The notes beneath the pieces are model-generated. The model did not search any database. It saw only the letters and a program-made list of their open reading frames with translations, and was not told where the DNA came from. A stretch of 64,000 nucleotides of DNA from Eledone cirrhosa (Eukaryota): assembly GCA_964016885.1 (NCBI GenBank), contig OZ024750.1:28272001-28336000 (forward strand), given 5' to 3'. A program made the translations under genes and the position numbers. Each line of letters opens with the position of its first letter. Positions within the stretch are counted from its first letter, which is position 1. Below, piece after piece: positions 27,220-41,792 of the stretch.

Positions 27220-29617
27220 TATAATTATCTCACATAATATCTCACATAACATTTACATGATTCTATATTTACTATTGTATTTTTGTGGCAAGGGCTTTAC
27301 CTCACATAATTATCTCACATAATATCTCACATAACATTTACATTACTCTATATTTACTATTGTATTTTTGTGGCAAGGGCTTTACCTCACATAATTATCT
27401 CACATAATATCTCACATAACATTTACATGACTCTATATTTACTATTGCATTTTTGTAGTAAAAGTTTTACCTCACATAATTATCTCACATAATATCTCAC
27501 ATAACATTTACATGACTCTATATTTACTATTGCATTTTTGTAGTAAAAGCTCTACCTCACATAATTATCTCACATAATATCTCACATAACATTTACATTA
27601 CTCTATATTTACTATTGTATTTTTGTAGTAAAAGCTTTACCTCACATAATTATCTCACATAATATCTCACGTAACATTTACATGACTCTATATATACTAT
27701 TGTATTTTTGTAGTAAAAGCTTTACCTCACATAATTATCTCACATAATATCTCACATAATATTTACATGACTCTATATATACTATTGTATTTTTGTGGCA
27801 AGGGCTTTACCTCACATAATTATCTCACATAATATCTCACATAACATTTACATTACTCTATATTTACTATTGTATTTTTGTAGTAAAAGCTTTACCTCAC
27901 ATAATTATCTCACATAATATCTCACATAACATTTACATGACTCTATATTTACCATTGTATTTTTGTAGTAAAAGCTTTACCTCACATAATTATCTCACAT
28001 AATATCTCACATAACATTTACATGACTCTATATTTACCATTGTATTTTTGTAGTAAAAGCTTTACCTCACAATTATCTCACATAATATCTCACATAACAT
28101 TTACATGACTCTATATTTACCATTGTATTTTTGTAGTAAAAGCTTTACCCACACAATTATCTCACATAATATCTCACATAAAATTTACATTACTCTATAT
28201 TTACTATTGTATTTTTGTAGTAAAAGCTTTACCTCACATAATTATCTCACATAATATCTCACATAACATTTACATGACTCTATATTTACCATTGTATTTT
28301 TGTAGTAAAAGCTTTACCTCACATAATTATCTCACATAATATCTCACATAACATTTACATTACTCTATATTTACTATTGTATTTTTGTAGTAAAAGCTTT
28401 ACCTCACATAATTATCTCACATAATATCTCACATAACATTTACATGACTCTATATTTACCATTGTATTTTTGTAGTAAAAGCTTTACCTCACACAATTAT
28501 CTCACATAATATCTCACATAACATTTACATTACTCTATATTTACTATTGTATTTTTGTAGTAAAAGCTTTACCTCACATAATTATCTCACATAATATCTC
28601 ACATAACATTTACATGACTCTATATTTACTATTGTATTTTTGTAGTAAAAGCTTTACCTCGCATAATTATCTCACATAATATCTCACATAACATTTACAT
28701 GACTCTATATTTACTATTGTATTTTTGTAGTAAAAGCTTTACCTCACATAATTATCTCACATAATATCTCACATAACATTTACATGACTCTATATTTACT
28801 ATTGTATTTTTGTAGTAAAAGCTTTACCTCACATAATTATCTCACATAATATCTCACATAACATTTACATGACTCTATATTTACTATTGTATTTTTGTGG
28901 TAAAAGCTTTACCTCACATAATTATCTCACATAATATCTCACATAACATTTACATTACTCTATATTTACTATTGTATTTTTGTAGTAAAAGCTTTACCTC
29001 ACATAATTATCTCACATAATATCTCACATAACATTTACATGACTCTATATTTACTATTGTATTTTTGTAGTAAAAGCTTTACCTCACATAATTATCTCAC
29101 ATAATATCTCACATAACATTTACATGACTCTATATTTACTATTGTATTTTTGTAGTAAAAGCTTTACCTCACATAATTATCTCACATAATATCTCACATA
29201 ACATTTACATGACTCTATATTTACTATTGTATTTTTGTAGTAAAAGCTTTACCTCACACAATTATCTCACATAATATCTCACATAACATTTACATGACTC
29301 TATATTTACTATTGTATTTTTGTGGCAAGGGCTTTACCTCACATAATTATCTCACATAATATCTCACATAACATTTACATGACTCTATATTTACTATTGT
29401 ATTTTTGTAGTAAAAGCTTTACCTCACACAATTATCTCACATAATATCTCACATAACATTTACATGACTCTATATTTACTATTGTATTTTTGTGGCAAGG
29501 GCTTTACCTCACATAATTATCTAACATAATATCTCACATAACATTTACATGACTCTATATTTACTATTGTATTTTTGTGGTACAGGCTTTACCTCACATA
29601 ATTATCCCACATAATAT
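27220..29617. repeat. 85-bp tandem array, about 28 copies, derived from the piggyBac-like MITE
   Basis: Period 85 (27301, 27386, 27471). It runs into the rest of the MITE, which ends AATGCTAAATGGTTAA at 29755. Confidence 0.95.
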
Positions 29618-29851
29618 CGAATCTATGAAATTTTTATATATATTTTGAGAATAATGCCTCAACGCCTCTATGAGTGGCCGGTTACGGCCGGTTTGAACAG
29701 AAAGCGGTGAGAGAATTGTGGCCAGATATGGCCTGTTTTAATGCTAAATGGTTAAACTGTTTCAAAACAAACATACTGGATAGATGCAGCTGGTTCAACA
29801 TACGTGATTGTGCATATTTGTGTGTGTGTATGTATATATATATATATAATA

Positions 29852-30111
29852 TATATGATAATAAGGACGCTGCAGAGTTGCAAATGGGTTACATATGAAA
29901 AAAGTTTGTCCTTCATCAGTGGTCTTCCAACCATCATAGGCATTTCATCGCTTTAAAGACCATATACCTCCGGTTGGTGCGAGCAACGGCTAAAAAAAGT
30001 CGTTGCGACACGTAAATAAAGGGGACGCACCAACCGGAGGTATATGGTCTTTAAAGCGATGAAATGCCTATGATGGTTGGAAGACCACTGATGAAGGACA
30101 AACTTTTTTCA
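29852..30111. mobile_element. Family F foldback element in (TA)n
   Basis: About 29893-29981 is inverted against about 30026-30112; the arms contain GAAATGCCTA and CTGATGA. Confidence 0.75.
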
Positions 30112-30522
30112 TATATATATATATATATATATACATATGTGTGTGTATGTATGTAAAAGGTAAACAGAAATAATAACACAATCGGTACAGTATATGGAAG
30201 GTACAGTATATATTAGGTTAACTCTTGAAATAGCAGGAAGAGGGTCTTAACGTCACGGACGCTAGTCCTTCATCAGAAGAAAGAATAAGAAATAAGATAG
30301 ATTGAAGGGACGGGCGGGGTGGAATTTGAAAAAAAATGTCTTTAGACATCTCTTAGAAAACTGTTGATGCTGGACTAGGGTGGGAGGGAAAAATAGACGG
30401 GTGAGAATAAGAAGGTGGTGTAAGAAGATTGTAGTAGAGGAAAAGTGATAGAGCGTCGGGGTATATGTAAATGCAAGAAGCAAAGAAAATTTCAGTGATA
30501 CGAAAGATTTCCTGGTGGAAGT

Positions 30523-30843
<321 letters not shown>

Positions 30844-31085
30844 ATATATATATATATATATTATGTGTATATTATATATGCATGTGTATGTATCTGTGAG
30901 CACGCGTATATATGTGCGCATGTTTGTACATATATATATGTGTATGTATGTATATCCTGGGGAGGAGATAGGCTCTGTCAGGTTTTTAAATGCCCTAGAA
31001 ACGCCGTATGTCAATACAGCACCACTACGACTCCTTCAGGATTTACGGGAATATGCATGCATGCACATATGTATGCATATATATA

Positions 31086-31152
<67 letters not shown>

Positions 31153-31174
31153 TTAATTTATATATGTATGTATA

Positions 31175-31410
31175 GTGAAGGCGTGTGGCTGAGTGGTTAG
31201 AGAACTGGATTCGCAATCGTGAGGTTGTGAGTTCGATTCCTGGTCCGGGCGATGCGTTATGTCCTTGAGCAAGACACTTTATTTCACGTTGCTCCTTCTA
31301 CCTGGAGTTGCGACCGATAGATAGTATTAGCAATTGGAAAGACCAATGGAAACACTGTTTCCTCGGTCTGAACTAACCTAGCAGTTAGTTCGGATCTGAC
31401 TCTTTTCCTA
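31175..31410 (+). mobile_element. SINE2 with an alternative terminal hairpin
   Basis: Ends GGTCTGAACTAAC..GTTAGTTCGGATC..TTTTCCTA(TA)n. Confidence 0.85.
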
Positions 31411-31438
31411 TATATATATATATACATATATGTGTATA

Positions 31439-31538
<100 letters not shown>

Positions 31539-32052
31539 AGCTACTGCTTGTTAGTGTTTCATTATGTAGAAAGACCAAAAGACCAGATCTTTACAATTTA
31601 TCAAAATCTGAATATTTCGAACCTCAGAACCCAATTCAAGTTTCTCTAATACATGATTAATTCTCAGTCAGTAAAAATATATAGCAATGATTGCTGTGTA
31701 TCGTGTACCAGCGACTGACATGTTAATTAATTGCATCATTCCTAGTTTTAGCTTTTCAATTTGATAATTCCTTGAGACGGAAAGGAACTGAAGGAGAGGA
31801 GGAATGGAAGGAGAGGAGGACTGGAAGGAGAGAGGGAATGGAAGTAAACAAACGAGAGGAGGCAATGAAACTAAAAAAACAAAAAAGAAAATATAGGAAA
31901 CTGCCTAATGTTTTGTACAGTGTTGGTATTTCCTGTTGAGCTTCATAGTTGATTATTTTTGTGCATAAATGTGTATGTATATATGTATGTATGTATGTGT
32001 ATGTACGTGTGTATGTGTGAATGTATGTATGTGTTTGTGTGTGTGTGTGTGT

Positions 32053-32089
<37 letters not shown>

Positions 32090-32164
32090 AGAAGCCATGT
32101 TTCCTAATAGTTATGCTTATATGCCTTTGCCTGACTGAGTGTATCAGTATTTGCATGTTATATA

Positions 32165-32229
<65 letters not shown>

Positions 32230-32335
32230 AAAGCATTCAATATTACTTGGTAAATGTAAAAATATATTATCTAACCAGAGACATGGCAGTGAATTCCAAG
32301 ATTTGGTTTGGTAGTTTCATCTCTATGTGCATAAT

Positions 32336-32379
<44 letters not shown>

Positions 32380-32811
32380 GTGTGTATGTGTGTGTGTGTG
32401 TGTGTGTGTATGGATGTTTATCTATATATATATATATCAAGTAACACATTGAAGCTAAAGCTGCAATAGGACATACACATAGGCACACACAGATTATGCA
32501 GCTCTTTGGTTCTTACCACTGATGTCCTTATGTATTATGGACATTGCGCGATCTTCTTCAGTCTTTAGATCAGGTATGGGCAACATGTATCGAGCAGTGA
32601 GTTGCATAGGATGTGCCTCATCACAAGATGGAGCGCATTACTAAAAACATTTAAGGCAATTTTGAAATTAGGCCTGCCACCCAGAAAGACAAACGGGTCG
32701 CATGCGGCACGCCTCATGACTGCTTCAGATAATTGTTTCTACTTTTGGCACAAAGCCAGCAATTATCCCAGTGTATTACTGGTACTATATTTTATCGACC
32801 CCGTAAGGATG

Positions 32812-33011
32812 NNNNNNNNNNNNNNNNNNNNNNNNNNNNNNNNNNNNNNNNNNNNNNNNNNNNNNNNNNNNNNNNNNNNNNNNNNNNNNNNNNNNNNNNN
32901 NNNNNNNNNNNNNNNNNNNNNNNNNNNNNNNNNNNNNNNNNNNNNNNNNNNNNNNNNNNNNNNNNNNNNNNNNNNNNNNNNNNNNNNNNNNNNNNNNNNN
33001 NNNNNNNNNNN
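32812..33011. other. Assembly gap (200 N)
   Basis: Run of N. Confidence 1.
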
Positions 33012-33206
33012 CATCATCATAATCATCACCTTCTTCTCGCCATCATTACCTCCCCCCCAGCTAATACATATAGATCGAATGTATATATCCTGTCCAGTCC
33101 AATATTTGATTGGGTCCCGATAGTTAAATTATTGCCTTTGAAGAAATTAAAGTTTAAAAAGATACATGTATATATATGTATATATATGTATATGTATATA
33201 TATGTA

Positions 33207-33270
<64 letters not shown>

Positions 33271-33291
33271 ATATATATTATATATATATAT

Positions 33292-33521
33292 ATAGGAAAA
33301 AGTATGACCCCGGACGGCAGAGCTCAAGCCGTTTCGACGGCTATTTCTGGACTTAATTTAGTCCTAAATTAAGTCTAAATTAAGTCCAGAAATAGCCGTC
33401 GAAACGGCTTGAGCTCTGCCGTCGGGGTCATACATTTTCCTATTACCCAATCTACTACCCTAAATATTGAGTACTCTGGTGCGTTATGGTCCATTTGGTT
33501 CCTTACACATTTCCTTCGTTA
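33292..33521. mobile_element. PLE family A foldback element in (TA)n
   Basis: Same arms and both fixed ends, in the opposite orientation to 4904-5099. Confidence 0.85.
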
Positions 33522-33534
33522 TATATATATATAT

Positions 33535-33819
33535 ATTTCGTTTCTGAATTTGTTTAGCAAGATTCTTTATCTGAAATCGTGGTGTTGAAACCGATATTGT
33601 TATACTTTGGGAGGGCCATGAAGAGGTCACAGAGTGTGTGACGATAAGGACTATGACTATATATAAACAACTATCTGGTTGTGGAACCAACCAACCAACC
33701 AGAAATGTATAAGTTTGTAGATTTGTAAATTTATAAATTTATAAATATATAATAAATTGAAGTGAACCAACTGGTGCGTGTGTTTCTTATTGGCAACATG
33801 GCCCTCCCAAAGTATAACA
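33535..33819. mobile_element. PLE-like family B inverted element (HHR 5' end clipped at the junction)
   Basis: Same two ends as 21233-21556; the junction falls at CATGAAGAGGTCAC. Confidence 0.8.
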
Positions 33820-33859
<40 letters not shown>

Positions 33860-34351
33860 ATGAATCTAAATATAGCAAGGTGCTGTATAGCTACTGTCAG
33901 TAATAATATTCTCTTGTGTATCATGACTTTAAACTATTTGAAAGCTGTGACAACAAACTAGAGAGGCTTATAGGAAAGTGTGTAGAGATGTGTAGAAAGC
34001 ACAGCAACTGCAGAAGTGTGCCAAGTTCACACACCCACCCACTAAAAGGCAAAAAACTAAACAAAACCAAGCAATGACAAATAACGCAAGTACAAAAACA
34101 AAAAATACTGTGAGTGAATTCAACGCAATTCAAACTGCGAACTTGGCACAATTTAAGAACGAACGAATGTCTTTAGTATAAACACACTTGCTGCCTCGGC
34201 AGCTGACTGCTTTTTGAATATGATAAATGAGAAATTACAAGAATTTAAAGAAATAGGCTGGAAAGAGGAGGAAATGATACCAGCATTTAGTATTTGTTTT
34301 GCTACTTCTTACAACAAGAGACAATGTTTAGGTATGAAGCTGTTTGCTGTT

Positions 34352-34880
34352 CTCTTTGTTTAGCCCTAGGTCGAGCTTGATTAGGCAGACCTATGATCAA
34401 ACCAGTACTTGTTACCTCAAAAGACAACGTTTATGTCTTAAGAAGTAGTCTTTGTTCAGCCTAAGGTCGAGCTTGATTAAGCAGATTTATGATCAAACCG
34501 GTACTTCCTATCTCAAAAGACAACGTTTATGCCTTAGGAAGCTGTCGTTGTTTAGCCCTAGGCCGAGCTTGATTAGGCAGACCTATGATCAAACCAGTAC
34601 TTGTTACCCCAAAAGACAACGTTTATGTCTTAAGAAGTAGCCTTTGTTCAGCCCAAGGTCGAGCTTGATTAAGCAGATTTATGATCAAACCGGTACTTCC
34701 TATCTCAAAAGACAACGTTTTTGCCTTAGGAAGCTGTCGTTGTTTAGCCCTAGGCCGAGCTTGATTAAGCAGACCTATGATCAAACCGGTACTTCTTAAC
34801 TCAAAAGACAACGTTTATATTCTAGGGAGTTGTCTTTGTTTAGCCTTAAGTCAAACTTGGTTAAGCAGACTTATGATCAA
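34352..34880. repeat. 96-bp tandem repeat, about 5.5 copies, alternating A/B variants
   Basis: Period 96 (34361, 34457, 34553, 34649, 34745). Confidence 0.9.
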
Positions 34881-35734
34881 TAGTATGACCAACTGATCAA
34901 TCATGATCAACTGTTTTTTTTTCCTTTCTTTTTTTCCAGTATTTAATGTATCCTTCCTTCTGTGATGAGTTAAGATTTGTTTTAAAGGAGATTTGGTTGC
35001 TATTTCACTTAAATGAGATTTTCCAAACAAGCATTAGACAAGACATATTATCTGTAGGGGTTTTCAAAATATAGAAACAACAAAGGGAGATAATTCCAAT
35101 AAGATAAATTGATCGAAATATTTAGATAATATAAAGACCATTAGAGTGAATCTAGGTTTTAAAGCCAACTGGTGAATGTAATAGAAATGTTTCGGTAGTA
35201 TCATGGCGGTGGATTAGCTGAATCAGTAGAGCAACGGAGAAAATGCTTTGCGGCATTTATCAGAGTTTTTACATCACTGACTAGTTCAAATCTCGCTGAG
35301 GTCAACTTCGCCTTATACTTTCAACGATTCCCTGATCTCGGAGTTCCACCCTCTCTCTTGTAACGTTACATCAAAGACCCTTCGGAAAAACACCCCATTT
35401 CAGCCGAAGAATGTTATACAGAATTGTCAAGGCTAGAAAGATATCACTTGATTGATGTCTTTAAGTTTTACACATCCCTAGTATTTGGCAAAGTGTCAGA
35501 TTGGTGACTGGCGCGAATAAGACCACTGAAACTGCAACATGATGAGGAAAAGAAAGAAAAACTACGCCACACCACACCGTCCTTCTCGCGGGTTAACAAG
35601 AGACTCGTCCAGGCCTTAGGTAGAGAGGCCTGTTCAAAATATATATTGCAGACTTCATTTCATGCCGCAAAAACTGGCGATGGGACTGCGACCTGTTATG
35701 TGAGGCGTGAGATGGTCGCACAAAATTTGCGTAT

Positions 35735-35890
35735 CCCGAGACCCCAAAGAGGGTCCAGAAGGGAGCAAACCGTAACAGTTGGAACCTGGAACATCACAAC
35801 TCTTACAGGTAAGATGCAGGAACTAGTGGAGGAGGCTAGATGCAACCGGCTAGATATAGTCGGGGTTTCCTCAACAAAGAAAGAAGACAT
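35735..35890 (+). pseudogene. APE endonuclease N-terminus of an RTE-type LINE
   Basis: VGTWNITTLTGKMQELVEEARCNRLDIVGVSSTK matches the GTWNV..L / LDIVG.SET motifs. Confidence 0.8.
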
Positions 35891-36001
35891 CCCTAGGAGG
35901 GATTTTGTTTACTAATTAATTACCTAAACAATCTGAGTCGAGTAAAGTATTTCAATACAGTATATTACATATGTGAGACATTGTCGTATATATTTAACAA
36001 A

Positions 36002-36330
36002 TGAAGGCGTGTGGGTTTAATGGTTAGAGTGTTAGGCTCGCAACCACGAAGAAATGAGTTCGAATCTCGGTGACATATTGTGTCCTTTGAATAAGACACA
36101 TTATTTCACATTGTTCCAGTCCACTCAGCTGGAAAAAAAAATGAGTTGTACCTGTAATTCAAAGGGTCAGTTTTATTACACAATGTCACGTTGAATCTTC
36201 CTGAGAATTGTGTTAAAGGTATTCACGTATGTAGAATTTCCAGTCAAGATACACGTAAATATCACAAACAAGCTGTTCCGGTGATCAAACAACTGGAACA
36301 CTCGTCGTCACAACCGACGGAAGCCCAACA
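36002..36330 (+). mobile_element. Older tRNA/CORE-type SINE with the CCAGTCCACTCAGCTG continuation
   Basis: Head is homologous to SINE2; the tail differs. Confidence 0.65.
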
Positions 36331-36934
36331 CATATTTCGTAAGCAGAATTCTCTCCTGGGTATTTTTTTATCCAGCCTCAATGTTTGTAGCTAACAACAT
36401 TCTACCATTACTTAGTGACCCTTAACAAACGTCAGCCACCCCACAACCACACATCCCACCCCACAACCAAACATCCCACCCCACAACCACACATCTCACT
36501 CCACAACCACCACCACCCCACAACCACCCACCCCCTCGCCCATTATCCACCCCCACTTCGCCTGACACCCGACAACAGTTAAGTCCCATATTTTACTGAC
36601 ACTCTTATAATTCACACCATTTCTTAATCCACGTGTACGAACCCGCTCCTCCCCCTCACACACACACATATATATATACACACACACACACATATATATA
36701 CACACACACACACACATATATATATACACACACACACACACATATATATATACACACACACACACATATATATATATATACACACACACTCACATATATG
36801 CATATACAGAGAAATAGAGGGACAAGTGTTAAAGAGAAAGGAGAGATAGATATGCCTAGCTATAGGGAAATTTAGAACCCTACTACTATAAGAGACATCA
36901 ATGCTAGAACATAGAATTAGAGAAATAGAAGGAC

Positions 36935-37047
<113 letters not shown>

Positions 37048-37078
37048 GTGTGTAGATATAGAGATTAGTTAGAAGCCT

Positions 37079-37250
37079 AATAATTGTTTCTATTTTAGGC
37101 ACAAGGCCAGCAATTAATCAGTACATTACTGGTACTTTATTTTATCGACCCCGCAAGGATGAAAGGCAAAGTTAACCTCGGCAGGATTTGAACTCAGACT
37201 GTAAAGAGACTTGACTATGCTAGAAAACATGGCGTCCAACCCTCTACCGA
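37079..37250 (-). mobile_element. SINE1
   Basis: Core and tail match. Confidence 0.8.
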
Positions 37251-37309
37251 TCTAATAATATAAGTACATAGGATCTAATAATATAAGTACATGTAGATAA
37301 ATAGAAAAA

Positions 37310-38470
37310 GAGATAGATATATATCTAGCTGTAGGGAAATGTTAGACCCTACTTCTATAAGAAACATTAGAATATAGATGTGTAGAGAAATAGAGGAAAA
37401 ATAGATAGATATGTCTAGCTATAGGGAATAGTTAGAACGCTACTACTATAAGAGACATGGATGTTGGAACATAGATATGTAGGGAAATAGAACAAGATAG
37501 ATAGATATATGACCAGCTATAGGGATATTTAGAACCCTACTAATATAAGATAGATGAATGTTGGAACATAGATATGTAGAGAAATAGAACAAGAGAGAGA
37601 AATATTTGTCTAACTATAGGGAATATTTAGAACCCTACTACTATAAGAGATATGGATGTTAGAACATAGATTTTAGAGAAATAGAACAAGAGAGGGATAT
37701 TTGTCTAACTATAGGGAATATTTAGAACCCCACTATTATAAGAGATATGGATGTTAGAACATAGATTTTAGAGAAATAGAAGGACTGTATATATATATGT
37801 GTGTTTAATTATAGAGAATAGTTAGAAGCCTAATACTATAAGTAGATAGAAGTGTAGATAAATAGAAAAAGAGATAGGTATATGTCTAGCATTAGGGGTG
37901 AGTTAGAACATAGCGGTGTAGATAAATAGAAGACTATTACTATAAGACTATTACTATAACATATATATTACTATAAGACTATTACTATAACAGATACATT
38001 AGTTAGAACCCTATTACTATAAGACTATTACTATAACAGATATATTAGTTAGAAGACTATTACTATAAGACTATCGCTATAACTGATATATTAGTTAGAA
38101 GACTATTACTATAACAGATATATTAGTTAGAAGACTATCACTATAAGACTATTACTATAACATATATTAGTTAGAACCCTATTACTATAAGACTATTACT
38201 ATAACATATATATTACTATAAGACTATTACTATAACATATATATTACTATAAGACTATTACTATAACATATATATTACTATAAGACTATTACTATAACAG
38301 ATATATTAGTTAGAACCCTATTACTATAAGACTATTACTATAACATATATATTACTATAAGACTATTACTATAACATATATTTTACTATAAGACTACTAC
38401 TATAACAGATATATTAGTTAGAACCCTATTACTATAAGAAACACGGATGTTAGAACATAGTATATAGATG
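37310..38470. repeat. Degenerate roughly 90-bp repeats grading into a CTATTACTATAA(GA) composite array
   Basis: Repeated TTAGAACCCTACTACTATAAGAGA motif. Confidence 0.8.
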
Positions 38471-39630
38471 TGTAGAGAAATAAAAATAAAAATAGTTACA
38501 GAAAAGAAGGAAAAGAAGAGGTGGTATAGAAAGAAGGATAGGTATGAAAAGTGTGTGTAGAAGGTAGCGAAAAAAGGGGCCAACGTAAGTAATAAAGAAG
38601 GGAACGGGAGGGTTTGTGGGGTGTTAAGGAGGTATGAAGGTAGGGTTTGGTAGGGGTAGGGGGGGAAACAGCAAAGAAACAGGCTTTCAAGCGAAAAGTT
38701 AGGTAAACAAAAATGGTTTGAGGAAGACGACAAAAAGCAAACAAAAAAAAGATAGAAACAAAATTGGTTGAATAAGCTTTAGGGTTGGGAAATTGTGTGT
38801 AAAATGGCGGACAGGGTGGGGGTGGGGATAGAGGGGGGGTCTGGGTACAGGGGGGAGTGGGTGATTGGTGGAGAGGTGGCAGTGGGGAGGTCGGAGTACA
38901 GGGTGAGGGTGAGAGTGGTGAAGTAGGGATAGAGGGTGAAGGTGAAGGCGGGGAGGTAGGGAGGTAGGGGTACAGGGTGGGGTGAGGTGGTGAGGTAGGG
39001 GTACAGGGTGGAGATGGGGGAGATCGGTGGGGAGGTGGGGGAGGGTGGTTGGTGGTGAGGGGGGTATTGGGGGAGAGGGGGGGTTGGGGTGGTGAGATAG
39101 GTGGAGATGTGTGGTGGAGTGAGTGGGTGGGGGTGGTATGCGGTGGAGTGAGAAGGTAGATGTGAGGGTGGCGGGTGGTGGTGAGGCTTGCGAGATAGGG
39201 AGGGAGAGAAGTGGGGTGTGGTGGGGAAGGTGGAGAAGTATGGGAGAGGCGGGGTGAGGGTGGCGAGATAGGGGGACAGGGCGGGGATGAAGGTGAAGAG
39301 ATAGAGAGAGAGAGGGCGAGAGTGAAGGTGGAGAGATATGGGAGAGGTGGGGTGGGGTAGCGAGGGAGGTTGAGATGAGGTGAGTGGGGTGAGATAGGGG
39401 GAAATGCAAGGGGTGGGGGTGAGGATCGAGAGATAGAGGGAGAGGGTGGTGGTGAGGGTGGTGGTGAGGGTGGTGGTGAGGGTGGTGGTGAGGGTGGTGG
39501 TGAGGGTGGTGGTGAGGATGGTGAGGGTGGGGAGATAGTGTTATAACTAGAAACCAACCAATATACGTACACTGTAAATTACCTCACTAGGCTTCCTACC
39601 AAACAATTTAGCAAACACACACATATATAT

Positions 39631-39665
<35 letters not shown>

Positions 39666-39675
39666 AAGATATACA

Positions 39676-39718
<43 letters not shown>

Positions 39719-39731
39719 TTGAATATATACA

Positions 39732-39797
<66 letters not shown>

Positions 39798-39925
39798 CAT
39801 GCATATATATATATATATATGTATATATGTATATATGTATATGTATATATATACATATATAGTTAAATCTTAGACAGGAACAAAAACAGAGAGGCAGTAT
39901 GTGTATATATATATAAATATATGTA

Positions 39926-40003
<78 letters not shown>

Positions 40004-40265
40004 TGGATATATATATATATATAAATGCATGAATATATATATATATATAAATGCATGAATATATATATATATATAAATGCATGAATATATATATATATAT
40101 AAATGCATGAATATATATATATAGACATGGTCTGTTGGAGACGCAGGACATGGCAGCGATAATGAGTGACAGAGACCGCTGGAGAGAACTCGTCCATGGA
40201 TCTCGGGAATTTTACCCGCCTTAGATAGATAGATAGACATATATATATATGTAAGAATATTTTCG

Positions 40266-40322
<57 letters not shown>

Positions 40323-40436
40323 TAGATAGATATACATACATACTAGCCCCTGAATGCCATCATTTCAATCAAAAGGCATGTTAAAATATAAACGACCGTT
40401 AGATCAACCATTTACTACACTTTCAAAAACATATAC

Positions 40437-41040
40437 CTTTTCTCTGGTATTATATTAACTCTATCTATATATTTCCCTTTTCTCTGGTATTATATTAACT
40501 CTATCTATATATTTCCCTTTTCTCTGGTATTATATTAACTCTATCTATATATTTCCCTTTTCTCTGGTATTATATTAACTCTATCTATAGGCGGTGGATT
40601 GGCAGTATCGGTAGAGGGTCGGACGCCATGCTTTCCAGCATAGTTACGTCCCTTTACGATCTGAGTTCAAATCCCGCCGAGGTTGACTTTGCCTTTCATC
40701 CTTACGGGGTCGATAAAATAAAGTACCAGTAATGCACTGGGTAATTGCTGGCCTTGTGCCTAAAGTAGAAACAATTATATTAACTCTATCTATATATTTC
40801 CCTTTTCTCTGGTATTATATTAACTCTATCTATATATTTCCCTTTTCTCTGGTATTATATTAACTCTATCTCTATATTTCCCTTTTCTCTGGTATTATAT
40901 TAACTCTATCTATATATTTCCCTTTTCTCTGGTATTATATTAACTCTATCTCTATATTTCCCTTTTCTCTGGTATTATATTAACTCTATCTATATATTTC
41001 CCTTTTCTCTGGTATTATATTAACTCTATCTATATATTTC
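40437..41040. repeat. 40-bp minisatellite interrupted by SINE1
   Basis: Unit CCTTTTCTCTGGTATTATATTAACTCTATCTATATATTTC. Confidence 0.95.
40590..40777 (+). mobile_element. Full-length SINE1 inserted in a 40-bp minisatellite
   Basis: GGCGGTGGATTGGCAGTATCGG..GTAGAAACAATTAT interrupts the array. Confidence 0.9.
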
Positions 41041-41074
41041 ACACACATTCTCTCTCCCCCACTCTCTATATAAT

Positions 41075-41166
<92 letters not shown>

Positions 41167-41270
41167 ACACCACGTGCACGCACATATATTGATAGTAGGT
41201 TGGATTTTAATACGCTGCAACAACGCAAGTTTGAAAAAATACACCCCCACCACACAAACACACACACGCG

Positions 41271-41311
<41 letters not shown>

Positions 41312-41322
41312 CTGTAGTCGGA

Positions 41323-41364
<42 letters not shown>

Positions 41365-41545
41365 CTGTCCTTATCAGCATACAGGCAAGTACAAGTAGAA
41401 ACACGCACGCAGTTTATATATGCAGTATATATATATAAGGTATCTATCTATATTTAAAGTTCTAGTTAAACTTTAATTAGTTACCTACCTAGCTGTGTGT
41501 GGTGACACTCTTTACAAATTATCTCCTGTGATTGTTTCATATGTT

Positions 41546-41582
<37 letters not shown>

Positions 41583-41585
<3 letters not shown>

Positions 41586-41792
41586 CGGAAGAAATGTGGT
41601 AAGGAACCAGGTGGACCATAACGCACCAAAGTACTCAATACTTAGGGTAGTAGAGTGGGTAATAGGAATGAGTAGGACCCCGACGGCTGAGCTCAAGCAG
41701 TTTCAACGGCTAATTCTGGACTCAGAATTCTAGTCCAGCATTAGCCGTCGAAACGGCTTAAGCTCAGCCGTCGGGGTCCTACTCGTTCCTAT
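41583..41792. mobile_element. PLE family A foldback element in (TA)n
   Basis: Same arms and ends; apex CTGGACTCAGAATTCTAGTCCAG. Confidence 0.85.

Noticed and set aside
32602-33356. ORFs spanning X runs
   Set aside because: Artefacts of translating across the N gap.
38496-39572. 358-aa Pro/Ser-rich extensin-like ORF
   Set aside because: G-rich low-complexity DNA open in more than one frame; no domain or splice support.
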